From positions 1,655-65,654 of the forward strand of contig JAGCPA010000092.1 of assembly GCA_017642445.1 (NCBI GenBank): a DNA stretch of 64,000 bases. The letters run 5' to 3'. Shown here piece by piece: positions 21,100-30,546 of this stretch (positions within the stretch are counted from its first letter, which is position 1; each line of letters starts with the position of its first letter). The notes beneath the pieces were generated by a model. It did no database searches. It saw only the letters and a program-made list of their open reading frames with translations, and was not told the DNA's origin. Position numbers and translations under genes: made by a program. This DNA is from Spirochaetia bacterium (lineage in GTDB: Bacteria > Spirochaetota > Spirochaetia > CADAEX01).

Positions 21100-22116
21100 A
21101 TGGCAGAAAATGTTCTTTTGTTAATAGAAATTCTAAAAAGAAATGATTATGTTGGATATATTCAGTATTTACGAGCGAACTTGCCAGAAAAGCTTTATCG
21201 ATATTGCTCTCATACAAACCAAAATATTAGTACAATAACGTCATCAAAAATTCCTTTATCAAATCCACGTTATTTTAATGATCCATTTGATTCATTGTCA
21301 CAGGAGGTTTATAGGGTTTATACCCACTATTATAAAAAAATCGACAGAACAATTCAAAGAATTTTATATTCCCGAGATAAAAAGGTCAGGATACTAAGAG
21401 ATGCGATATTGCGCAGGAATATCTTAAGCAGAAAAGTTGCTTATAAAGAAAAGTTTAAAATATTAGAAGAAGAAAAGCAAAAGATAATTAAACCCAATGC
21501 AGATGTAGGCATTGAGGATATACATATTCACGGAATTCTTTGGGAAATGAAACAAATTTCTGGTTTTACAAATAGATATTTGGGTGATTTTGTGTCAGAT
21601 TCAGGAGTTTTTTGTCTCTCTGAAGAAAAAAACAATATAATTATGCATTCCCATTATGGAAATGCTCATAGTGGCTTTTGTATTGAATATAAAACAGATA
21701 ATATTATTCAAGATATATTAAATGGGAAATATTTTATAATTCCTTTATATTATTCTGATACAATATATACTGATTATTCTGAGCAGATTTACCCGGAGAG
21801 ATTAACATATTTGTGGAATCTTCCACAATTTATGTATAAGAAAAAACAATGGGAATATGAAAAAGAGTGGAGAATTGTTAAATTTGATTCATCTGACCAT
21901 CAATTAGATTTTGACTATATTAACACCATATATTTAGGCGCTTCTTTTGAAAATGTTGATTTTGTTTTTAACAATAATTCTGAAAGGGAAGAAAAGAAAC
22001 AAATTGATTATTTAATTAAATTATTCGACTATTGTAGTGAAAAGGGTATAAAAATTATCCCGCTTCGGGCGGCAACCCATAAATATGGACTTGAAGAACT
22101 TGATAAATACAAATAA
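21100..22116 (+). CDS. DUF2971 domain protein
   Basis: LYRY, FNDPFD, FCLSE, MHSHYGNAHSGFCIEY, WEYEKEWR; own TG-n-TATAAT at 21053-21061. Confidence 0.82.
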   Translation: MAENVLLLIEILKRNDYVGYIQYLRANLPEKLYRYCSHTNQNISTITSSKIPLSNPRYFNDPFDSLSQEVYRVYTHYYKKIDRTIQRILYSRDKKVRILRDAILRRNILSRKVAYKEKFKILEEEKQKIIKPNADVGIEDIHIHGILWEMKQISGFTNRYLGDFVSDSGVFCLSEEKNNIIMHSHYGNAHSGFCIEYKTDNIIQDILNGKYFIIPLYYSDTIYTDYSEQIYPERLTYLWNLPQFMYKKKQWEYEKEWRIVKFDSSDHQLDFDYINTIYLGASFENVDFVFNNNSEREEKKQIDYLIKLFDYCSEKGIKIIPLRAATHKYGLEELDKYK

Positions 22117-22319
22117 TCAATTTGTATATCAAGTAGAAAAACTGCCAGTAGCCAATATACCCTAAAAGGCTAACAACATCTGATATCTCTATTCTGGTCA
22201 TAAAGAGCGCCCCAGGTGATACAGGATTTTTCCTGGCTGAAAGAATCATCGCGGGAAAGAGAATGGGGCATTAATCCATTTGTTTTATAAAAAGCGATAA
22301 TTTTAACAATTTTTTCCGC

Positions 22320-22348
22320 TTGCATTATATAAATATATATATTATAAT
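22320..22348 (+). promoter_or_regulatory. sigma70 promoter heading the regulator/defence/polysaccharide operon
   Basis: TTGCAT-17 nt-TATAAT. Confidence 0.75.
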
Positions 22349-22354
22349 GTTCAA

Positions 22355-22465
22355 AAGTTGAACGAAAAATCTGCCTGGAGAGGGGACAGCAGGTTTCGGC
22401 GGCGTCTTTGGACACAGGTGGTCTATTTTTAGTTTACCATTTCTATGGGCGAGGTATGCCCACGC
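22355..22465 (+). promoter_or_regulatory. GC-rich structured 5' leader
   Basis: Several stem-loops, including TGGGC-GAGGTAT-GCCCA with the SD in the loop. Confidence 0.5.
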
Positions 22466-23002
22466 ATGTACACTTCCGATAAAGAAGCGATTATCCTAGA
22501 ACACATTTATAATGACGACTCACTAAAGCAAAGAGAACTTGCAGACAAAGCAGGCATCTCTCTTGGCATGGTCAATGCCATCCTGAAACGACTTATAGAA
22601 AAAGGCTGGCTCATGACCAAGCGTCTTAACCAGCGTAATATAAGTTATGTGGTTTCTCCGGCTGGAATAGAAGAGATATTCAAACGAAGTTATCGATATT
22701 TCATGCGGACTATTGATAATATAAACCTCTATAGAGAAAAAATAGAACAGCTTGTCGCAGAGGCCATGGAAGCCGGATATAATAGTATCACGTTGGTTGG
22801 TAAGAGCGATCTGGAATTCCTTGTGGAGTACACTTGTGGGAAAATGGGAATAGGCTTTAAAAAGGGAGATGCCAATCAGATAAATGGCAAGATGTATATC
22901 TTGTATGGAGAACAGTATGAACCAATTAACAAAATACAGGATAAACATTGGCTTCGAAATATTATAATAACTCAAAAGGCATCAGAAGATAATGACCTAT
23001 GA
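22466..23002 (+). CDS. MarR-like winged-helix regulator of the polysaccharide-locus-associated type
   Basis: QRELADKAGISLGMVNAILKRLIEKGW and ISYVVSPAG. Confidence 0.85.
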   Translation: MYTSDKEAIILEHIYNDDSLKQRELADKAGISLGMVNAILKRLIEKGWLMTKRLNQRNISYVVSPAGIEEIFKRSYRYFMRTIDNINLYREKIEQLVAEAMEAGYNSITLVGKSDLEFLVEYTCGKMGIGFKKGDANQINGKMYILYGEQYEPINKIQDKHWLRNIIITQKASEDNDL

Positions 23003-23037
23003 ATATAAAAAGATTGGTTTTTTAGTTTGGATTAGTG

Positions 23038-23877
23038 ATGTTTTATTCACCGCTTAGATATCCAGGAGGAAAAGGAAAGCTTACTCCTGTTATTGAAAAA
23101 TTGATAAATCAATATGGTCATAGAGGGGGCACATATATTGAACCTTTCGCTGGAGGAGCTGCTGTTGCTATTGAATTGCTCGAGAGAGGAGTCGTTTCTG
23201 AAATTGTAATCAATGACTTGGATAAAGGCATTTATTCTTTTTGGCGGGCAATTCTGGAGGATACAGAAAGATTTATCAAACAGATAAAAGCTGTTCCTTT
23301 AAATATTGATGAATGGAAACATCAGAGAGATATTTGTTTTAATCAAAACAAAAAATATAGTTTTGAGTTAGGTTTTGCAACTTTTTATATGAATCGAACT
23401 AATCGGTCAGGTATAATTAAGGGCGGCGTTATTGGTGGCCAGAATCAAGCGAGGGAATGGAAATTAGATGCTCGCTTTAATAGGAACAGATTGATTGAAA
23501 GAATAGAAAAGATAGCAAAGAATAAATCAAAAATCCATCTCTATAATAAAGATGTTGAATCATTTATTATAAATTATATTCCGCTTTATGGGGATAATTC
23601 GTTTATTTATTTTGACCCGCCATATTATAATAAGGGGAAACAATTATATTTGAATTTCTTTAATCACAATGATCATTTAAGAATTGCTAAACTGATAAAG
23701 GAAAAAGTAAATAGTGATTGGGTTATTACATATGATGAAGAACCACAAATAGCAGAAATATATAAAGAATATACTATTCGACCATATAAATTAAACTATA
23801 GTGTTTCAAAAAAAAGAACAGGAAAAGAAATAATTATATTTAAGACAACAGTAAATATGTATGAAGAAATTTCATGA
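23038..23877 (+). CDS. D12-class N6-adenine DNA methyltransferase
   Basis: SPLRYPGGK, EPFAGG, IND, DPPY. Confidence 0.92.
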   Translation: MFYSPLRYPGGKGKLTPVIEKLINQYGHRGGTYIEPFAGGAAVAIELLERGVVSEIVINDLDKGIYSFWRAILEDTERFIKQIKAVPLNIDEWKHQRDICFNQNKKYSFELGFATFYMNRTNRSGIIKGGVIGGQNQAREWKLDARFNRNRLIERIEKIAKNKSKIHLYNKDVESFIINYIPLYGDNSFIYFDPPYYNKGKQLYLNFFNHNDHLRIAKLIKEKVNSDWVITYDEEPQIAEIYKEYTIRPYKLNYSVSKKRTGKEIIIFKTTVNMYEEIS

Positions 23878-23904
23878 TTAGAAGACTCATAGGGAATATG
23901 AAGA

Positions 23905-25533
23905 ATGGAAGAATATAAGACAGCCGCAGATTTTGGATATGAAAGCAATAAAGATGTAATTATAGAAAAGATTGAAAAAATTATTATCGAAAAATTTAGA
24001 ACTATCGAAAACCAAGAAATACTTTTAGGAGACAACCTGACAATATTGTCTGGAAAAAACGGTACAATGAAATCTTCAATTCTTGGTTTAATTGCACATC
24101 CATTTTCATCCCCCAATGATGCGGTTGATTCTTTTGGTGTCAAACTAAAAACTGACATGAAAGATGTTTTTTATCTAAGTTTAGAGAAAGATAAAGAAAT
24201 CTACCGATACAATCTCGTATTAAAAACGGATAAGGCCGAATATATCTCTGAGCCAATTCGTGTTTATCCTCGTCCGAGCGAAAAGCGTCATCGAGTAACA
24301 GTTGGGAAAGATAATACAAAAGGATTAGGGAATTTTTCTCTTAATACCGCGTATATTAATTTAAAAAGGGTATATCCAATTGTTGAAACACAAGCTGAAT
24401 CAAATGATTCTTCACTTGGCACAGATGAGAAGAAGTTTATAGCTGAAGGATATTATAAAATACTTCAACGAGAAGATTTTTCGGAGCCAGTTGTGGTTGA
24501 AGAAAAAAGACGAAAAAACACTTTTGGGCCATCACCAACAGCAACTTATGATTTTAAGTCCATTTCATCGGGAGAAGATAATTTAGGACATATACTTAAT
24601 AAAATGTTTGCATTTATCAATTATCAATGCAAAGAACGAAAACTACAAGGTGTTTTGTGTATAGATGAAGTTGAAGCCGCATTACACCCAATTGCACAAA
24701 AATGTCTTCTTGAATATTTATTGTCGTGGTCAAAAAAATATAATATTCAAGTTGTTGTAACGTCTCATTCTCTTTATTTTATCCAATGCGCATTGGAGCA
24801 ACAAGAAAAAGAGAAAGATGCTATTTCAATAAATATGATAAGTACAGCACATGTTTCTGGGAAAAAATATCAAGTAATACATAATCCAACTTACTCAATG
24901 GCATATAAAGAACTTACCTTAGATGATTTAAACGGGTTAATGGAATCATATCTTATAGATATTTTGTGTGAAGATAAAGTTGCTGAATATTATTTGAAAA
25001 CTATCTTATCATCAAGAAATATTAAAAAACGACTTAATTTCATGCATGATATGTTCTTTGAACAGGAGGGAACTGGGTTTAAGACATATAAGGCTTTAAT
25101 AAAGAATGGTGAAAAACTTCTAGAAAATGCAATCGTTGTATTTGATTCCGATGTTGATATTTCAAGTTTAAAGGGAAATGTTAGTTTTTTAAAACTTCCT
25201 TCAAAATATGAAATGCCTTTAGAAAAAGAATTAGTAAAGTATATTCACGATTTAGAAGGAGACAATAATTTTTTTAAGAAATATAAAAGAGAAAAACAAT
25301 TTTTTTTGAGGGAGTTTGGAAAATATAATATTACTGATTATGATATTGATCATATGAAAAAGGACGATAGTTTGAAATATAAGAACTGGTTCAGGTCTGA
25401 CCCCAAAAGAAATCAATATATTAACTATTTCGCAAAAAATAATGATTCGTTCATTACCCCTTTTAGAAAAAAATTGATAATGCTTGTTAATGAGAAGTTA
25501 AAAAGGAAATCATTACCTATAATAGCAGAATAA
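23905..25533 (+). CDS. ABC-type (AAA_15/AAA_21-like) ATPase fused to a TOPRIM-like domain (OLD/PARIS-like)
   Basis: Walker A GKNGTMKSS, signature ISSGED, Walker B IDEVEAALHP, H-loop TSHS, then LCED...FDSD. Confidence 0.78.
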   Translation: MEEYKTAADFGYESNKDVIIEKIEKIIIEKFRTIENQEILLGDNLTILSGKNGTMKSSILGLIAHPFSSPNDAVDSFGVKLKTDMKDVFYLSLEKDKEIYRYNLVLKTDKAEYISEPIRVYPRPSEKRHRVTVGKDNTKGLGNFSLNTAYINLKRVYPIVETQAESNDSSLGTDEKKFIAEGYYKILQREDFSEPVVVEEKRRKNTFGPSPTATYDFKSISSGEDNLGHILNKMFAFINYQCKERKLQGVLCIDEVEAALHPIAQKCLLEYLLSWSKKYNIQVVVTSHSLYFIQCALEQQEKEKDAISINMISTAHVSGKKYQVIHNPTYSMAYKELTLDDLNGLMESYLIDILCEDKVAEYYLKTILSSRNIKKRLNFMHDMFFEQEGTGFKTYKALIKNGEKLLENAIVVFDSDVDISSLKGNVSFLKLPSKYEMPLEKELVKYIHDLEGDNNFFKKYKREKQFFLREFGKYNITDYDIDHMKKDDSLKYKNWFRSDPKRNQYINYFAKNNDSFITPFRKKLIMLVNEKLKRKSLPIIAE

Positions 25534-25613
25534 AATAATAATAAAAACATACGGGCAATTAGTAGTTAAATACCCATCCAGTTAATTAATTAAAGACCCT
25601 TTTGGAGGCTTTT

Positions 25614-28049
25614 ATGCATGAAATTATAATTGATTTAAATGAAGATAATATTATATTTACAAATGAACAAATAATTCATCAGGATGAACTTAAAAAAGCA
25701 AAGGAAATAATAAAAGAAACTCTTAGAACCTTAGGCAATGGAAAGCCCAAAGACATTCATTTTGACCAATCATTAGCTTTTAATAACACAATTCTCATAG
25801 AAGGAACAAGAGGTTCTGGAAAGACTTCTTTCCTGTTATCATTAATGCAGACATGTAAAGATAATTTTTCTAATTTGGAAATCCTCCCGCTCCTTGATCC
25901 AACCATGGCTGAAGAAAAAGCTCATATATTTTTAACAATCATAAGTATGATAAAAAATGTAGTGGAAAGAAAAATTGACAGTTTTGATGACAATACTAAT
26001 CTTGGAAAAAGAAAAGATTGGGAAAATAGATTAATTAAACTTTCAAAAGGACTTCCAATAATTGATGGAGTATCAGAAAAAAAACCAGATTATTGGGATG
26101 ATGCATCGCAGATAATGTATAAAGGGCTGGAGGATGTCGATGCTGCTTTTAGTTTGCGAAGCAATTTTAATGACTTTATAAGCGAAAGCCTTTCTATTTT
26201 AGGAAAGGATGCATTTTTGTTGGTTATTGATGATGTTGATACTGATTTTAATAAAGCATGGCCTGTTTTGGAGATGCTCAGAAAATATATTTGTACCAAT
26301 AAAATAATATCAATAGTTAGTGGAGATTATAATCTTTTTTCGTATGCTGTGCGAAAAAAACAATGGAAAAATTTTGGGGAATCGCTCCTAAAGAATGAAT
26401 ATGATAAATATATTGATAATTCAAATAAGTATCCCGTACAAGTTAACGATCTTGAAAACCAATATTTGAAAAAAATTCTTCCTGTTGAAAACCGTATTAA
26501 CCTTCATTCTATTTATGAATTAATAGCAGGGAAAAAAGAAATTAGAATAATAACTGTAAATACATCAAAGAAAACTGCAATAGAAGATTTTTATACTGAA
26601 ATACTACAGCACTTTGGAATAAGAAATGTTGGTCAACGACTATCGTATATCCGTTTTATTGAATCGTTGCCAATTCGAACCCAAATTCAGCTAATGAAAG
26701 TTTTAGGCAACAACAATTATGATATTATAAATACATTTATTACAGAATTATATTATTATAATATAAGGATAAACTTATTAAGCGATAATAAAGTATTTCT
26801 TATAATTTCTATACTCAGATTTCTTGCTGAAAATGATGAGTTATTTAATTATTATCAGCTTGAACCAATTAGCGATTCAATTATTAAAAATGCTTGTCTT
26901 TTAACATTTAGCCTTTTATTGTCTGAAAGCATAAAGGGCAATTCTTTGCAGCTTTTTAACTATATTATAAAAATAGGATATGTCCGCAACTTGATTCCCT
27001 ATTTTGATAATAAAATAGCTGACGATAATAAACGCGTAGGAATAAAAGATTTAATAAATTATACAAGTCTTTATAATGAAAATGATTTACACCTGATTAG
27101 TAGTAAAATTATTTCATATATGCGTTCTGTAATTGGAAAGGATTCAAAATCATTTGCAGGAACACTAGTACTGTCTGGTTTTGCTGCAAAGGCTAAAGAA
27201 AAACAAGAAAAACATGCCAATTCTTTTGATACCATTGTAAATGGGATACAGAACCCATTGCTAAAACAAATTGCCTGCCTTCCTCTTTCTGTTACTTCTT
27301 TTGAAAAAAAGACAGCAACGGTAAATGAATATTCCTTTTTTACTCTATTGGCGGGTATTTATGATATAGTAAATGAGTTTAAACAGATTGATGAAAAAAA
27401 ACGCGAAACAGAACTACCCGAAATTATTTACAAAGTTAGTCAAATTAGAAAATATCCAGGATTTGATTTTATCTCCAATAATTCTTTTAAGGAAAACGAA
27501 GAAAATATAGTGCCAGTTATTAAATCAAAAGAAATCAATATTAATAGTGAAGACTGGAAACATTTTTTCCAGGTCTTTGAAACATGGTTAAACAGATCAT
27601 CAAACGGCATCGTTGTTTCTTCATATGTGTTAGGAAAAATTTGTACTCGTTCCATGGTGGCTTTTGACGAAATAATCATTGCCAGCGGGAAGAAAACACT
27701 TGGTGAAATAATGCATTTGTTTATCTGCGCTTTCTTTAATGCTTGTATCATTGAAGAAATGCAAGATGTATTAGATAATGTTCCAATAATTAGTAGGGAT
27801 AATGTTCTTTCTAGCGAAGACGAACTAAAAAACAACTTGAAAGCAGTAATAAAATCGCTTAAAGAAAACAAATTGCCTGTTACAAGATTTTTCATAACTT
27901 GTCCATTTCTGTTGGTATTTATTAATAATAATTCTGGAATTTGGGAGCAACTGACTGACTTTACTGATATTGATAGTATGAAAAAAATACAAATATATTC
28001 TGACCTCTGTATAATTAATGTAAAAGATTTGAAGTCAGCAACAAATTGA
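25614..28049 (+). CDS. rdrA: RADAR ATPase RdrA
   Basis: Walker A GTRGSGKTS, LLDPT, Walker B IDDVD, QYLKKILP; upstream of a large adenosine deaminase; SD GGAGG. Confidence 0.82.
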   Translation: MHEIIIDLNEDNIIFTNEQIIHQDELKKAKEIIKETLRTLGNGKPKDIHFDQSLAFNNTILIEGTRGSGKTSFLLSLMQTCKDNFSNLEILPLLDPTMAEEKAHIFLTIISMIKNVVERKIDSFDDNTNLGKRKDWENRLIKLSKGLPIIDGVSEKKPDYWDDASQIMYKGLEDVDAAFSLRSNFNDFISESLSILGKDAFLLVIDDVDTDFNKAWPVLEMLRKYICTNKIISIVSGDYNLFSYAVRKKQWKNFGESLLKNEYDKYIDNSNKYPVQVNDLENQYLKKILPVENRINLHSIYELIAGKKEIRIITVNTSKKTAIEDFYTEILQHFGIRNVGQRLSYIRFIESLPIRTQIQLMKVLGNNNYDIINTFITELYYYNIRINLLSDNKVFLIISILRFLAENDELFNYYQLEPISDSIIKNACLLTFSLLLSESIKGNSLQLFNYIIKIGYVRNLIPYFDNKIADDNKRVGIKDLINYTSLYNENDLHLISSKIISYMRSVIGKDSKSFAGTLVLSGFAAKAKEKQEKHANSFDTIVNGIQNPLLKQIACLPLSVTSFEKKTATVNEYSFFTLLAGIYDIVNEFKQIDEKKRETELPEIIYKVSQIRKYPGFDFISNNSFKENEENIVPVIKSKEININSEDWKHFFQVFETWLNRSSNGIVVSSYVLGKICTRSMVAFDEIIIASGKKTLGEIMHLFICAFFNACIIEEMQDVLDNVPIISRDNVLSSEDELKNNLKAVIKSLKENKLPVTRFFITCPFLLVFINNNSGIWEQLTDFTDIDSMKKIQIYSDLCIINVKDLKSATN

Positions 28050-28267
28050 ATAACGTTAAAATTGAATTTAGAGAATGGAACAGTGAATATATTTTTGCAA
28101 AGTTAAAAGAAGAGCATTATCCACTTCAAGCATTTATGGATAAGGCTTCAGATGATTTAAGAAAGGATATAAAAGGCTATTTTGAAAAATGTTCAAGGAT
28201 GACTAAAACATTTGAATATCATCTAAATAAGTTAAGAATGAAATTAAAGGGACAGAATTCTTATTAA
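28046..28267 (+). CDS. Small 73-aa protein between rdrA and rdrB
   Basis: TTG overlaps the rdrA stop (TTGA) and its TAA overlaps the rdrB ATG (TAATG). Confidence 0.6.
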   Translation: MNNVKIEFREWNSEYIFAKLKEEHYPLQAFMDKASDDLRKDIKGYFEKCSRMTKTFEYHLNKLRMKLKGQNSY

Positions 28268-30546
28268 TGGAATCGCAGATTAAGTTTTTTCAATGCGATA
28301 TGATTTCTCTTAATGATTATCATCATGGATACAGAGTATCTTTTGATGATGTAAAGCGCAGATTACTTTTGAAACAACGTGAATTAAATGTTGGAATATC
28401 AGATAACTGCTATAAATTGAATCAAAAGAAATCATTTTATGGAATTGACAGTTTTATTTCATTTTTTACGAAAGCCATTCCAGACTATATAAAAAAATAC
28501 TTATATATTAATCAAACAAAAATATATGTTAAAGAAGATTATTTTATTGAATGGCAAGACTTAATAACAAATTGTTCGCCGCTATTTCTAATGGCTGAAT
28601 TTTTGCATAGTTTACATATTCTTTCTAATTTTGACTGGCAAGAAGTTCAACACATTTTTTCTTTATATATTCTAGAAAATTCTAGATACACTGCACTTGT
28701 TTCACCGAACATAAAACCATTGGATGATTTCTTTGAACAGAACAAAGGATTTTATGACTTACACATTCATTTAAATGGAATCACAGAAAGCGATGCAGTC
28801 TGGCAGAGTTTTTTATCAGATAAGTATCATAATTTATATAATATTTCTAAAAAAATTAATACTGATTCGTTTAAACAACAGTTAGAACAAATGGGGCTTG
28901 ATTATTCTCTTAATGATTTTTTATCCTTGATTAATAGGGCAAAAGCAATTCGAGAATATTTTTTTAGAAAAATTTTTTGTGACAGCAAACATTATATGCA
29001 GGAACGAATTAGTAGTGATAGTTTTTATAATCCTTTTTTGATGCTTGTTGGCAAACCAGAAATACCCATGCATCCGAACAGACAACTTCGCTATGAACTA
29101 TTAATGTATATCATCGTTCTTAAATATCTTGAGAAGGAACAAGACGAACATATGGCTATGTGTTTGCATGAATACTTACTTATTGCAGGTTTCTTTCATC
29201 AATTACTTGTTCAAAATTCAATGCAATTTGGTTTTACACAGTTTCAGAATATAACATTGAATGATATCCGTGCAGAAACAGACAGAAATCAGTTAAATAA
29301 ATTTTTACAAATCTGTGGAAATAATTTAAAAAATATTAATACAATTGAACTTCGTTTTTCTCCCAAGGATTCAATTGATAAGCAGATGCCGATTCTTAGG
29401 CAAATAAAACGGGATTGGGAAAAATTACAAGAAATTGTAACCCATAAAGATCCCTCTTATGATTTTAAACCCAATTATGTATTAATAGCTCATTTTATTA
29501 AACAGAAAGATAAAGATTCCATAAATATACCTTTCGAGAAACTACGGACCAACCTTGAAAAGAAAAAATTAATGTTACAATCATTGAAGAACATGGGCTC
29601 TGCTCTTTCTAAGAAAATAGTTGCTATTGACGCGGCTTCAAGCGAATTTGATACACCTCCAGAGGTCTTTGCTCCGTTTTTCAACGAGTTAAGAGAAAAA
29701 CAATGCTTCAATCATATGACATATCATGCGGGGGAAGATTTTTATCATATTCTTAGTGGTCTTAGAGCAATTTACGAAGTAATAATGTTTATGCAAATGA
29801 AAAATGGCGATAGAATAGGGCATGCAACAGCTACTGGAATTGATATAGAGACTTGGTTGTCAATTGTTGGAAAGCAAATACTTCTTCCGAAAGGTGAATA
29901 TTTAGATGATCTTGTTTTTGCTTATAATTTAATTAATGAAGAACATATTGAAGAGTTGTTTCATATTCTTCAATTTCTTAACATGAACATAGAAAAATTA
30001 AGTTATGAAGTTTATGATGAAGCATATAATGTTTCGTTGTTGATTGATTGTTGGAAAATGAGAAACCAAGAACCTAGAAATATTAAATTTGATGGGGACA
30101 AAAAGAAAAAAGATTATTTTGAAAAATATAATAATAAAATAATTCGTAAAAAATATAATGAACCTGTTGAGATTAATGTTACAGATGTTTTTAATGTCGA
30201 TCAACTTGTTAAATTGCAACAGGCTATTTTGTGCCTAATGCAAAGAAAAGAGATTATAATAGAAACTTTACCAACAAGTAACCTTCGAATTGGATATCAT
30301 AAGACATTAGAGAGTTATCAACTATTTAATTGGTTTAAATGGAGAAAAAAGGGCATACCTATTCCCCCGATTATACTTGGAACCGATGACCCGGGGATTT
30401 TTTCGACAAATATATATAATGAGTTTGCTCTAATATATTGCTATATGGTTTATAAAGAAAACTTGTCGCGCTCGGAAACGATGACTTTCTTACAAGAAAT
30501 AAATGCTAATAGTAGAATATATTCATTTTCAGGAGAAAAACTCTAA
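28267..30546 (+). CDS. rdrB: RADAR adenosine (ATP) deaminase RdrB
   Basis: 759 aa; DLHIHLNG, HAGEDF, RIGHA, ETLPTSN, GTDDPGIF. Confidence 0.85.
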   Translation: MESQIKFFQCDMISLNDYHHGYRVSFDDVKRRLLLKQRELNVGISDNCYKLNQKKSFYGIDSFISFFTKAIPDYIKKYLYINQTKIYVKEDYFIEWQDLITNCSPLFLMAEFLHSLHILSNFDWQEVQHIFSLYILENSRYTALVSPNIKPLDDFFEQNKGFYDLHIHLNGITESDAVWQSFLSDKYHNLYNISKKINTDSFKQQLEQMGLDYSLNDFLSLINRAKAIREYFFRKIFCDSKHYMQERISSDSFYNPFLMLVGKPEIPMHPNRQLRYELLMYIIVLKYLEKEQDEHMAMCLHEYLLIAGFFHQLLVQNSMQFGFTQFQNITLNDIRAETDRNQLNKFLQICGNNLKNINTIELRFSPKDSIDKQMPILRQIKRDWEKLQEIVTHKDPSYDFKPNYVLIAHFIKQKDKDSINIPFEKLRTNLEKKKLMLQSLKNMGSALSKKIVAIDAASSEFDTPPEVFAPFFNELREKQCFNHMTYHAGEDFYHILSGLRAIYEVIMFMQMKNGDRIGHATATGIDIETWLSIVGKQILLPKGEYLDDLVFAYNLINEEHIEELFHILQFLNMNIEKLSYEVYDEAYNVSLLIDCWKMRNQEPRNIKFDGDKKKKDYFEKYNNKIIRKKYNEPVEINVTDVFNVDQLVKLQQAILCLMQRKEIIIETLPTSNLRIGYHKTLESYQLFNWFKWRKKGIPIPPIILGTDDPGIFSTNIYNEFALIYCYMVYKENLSRSETMTFLQEINANSRIYSFSGEKL

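Noticed and set aside
14139-22116. Integron cassette array
   Set aside because: Genes are co-oriented, but no attC-like RYYYAAC...GTTRRRY palindromes are visible in the short spacers and no integrase is present
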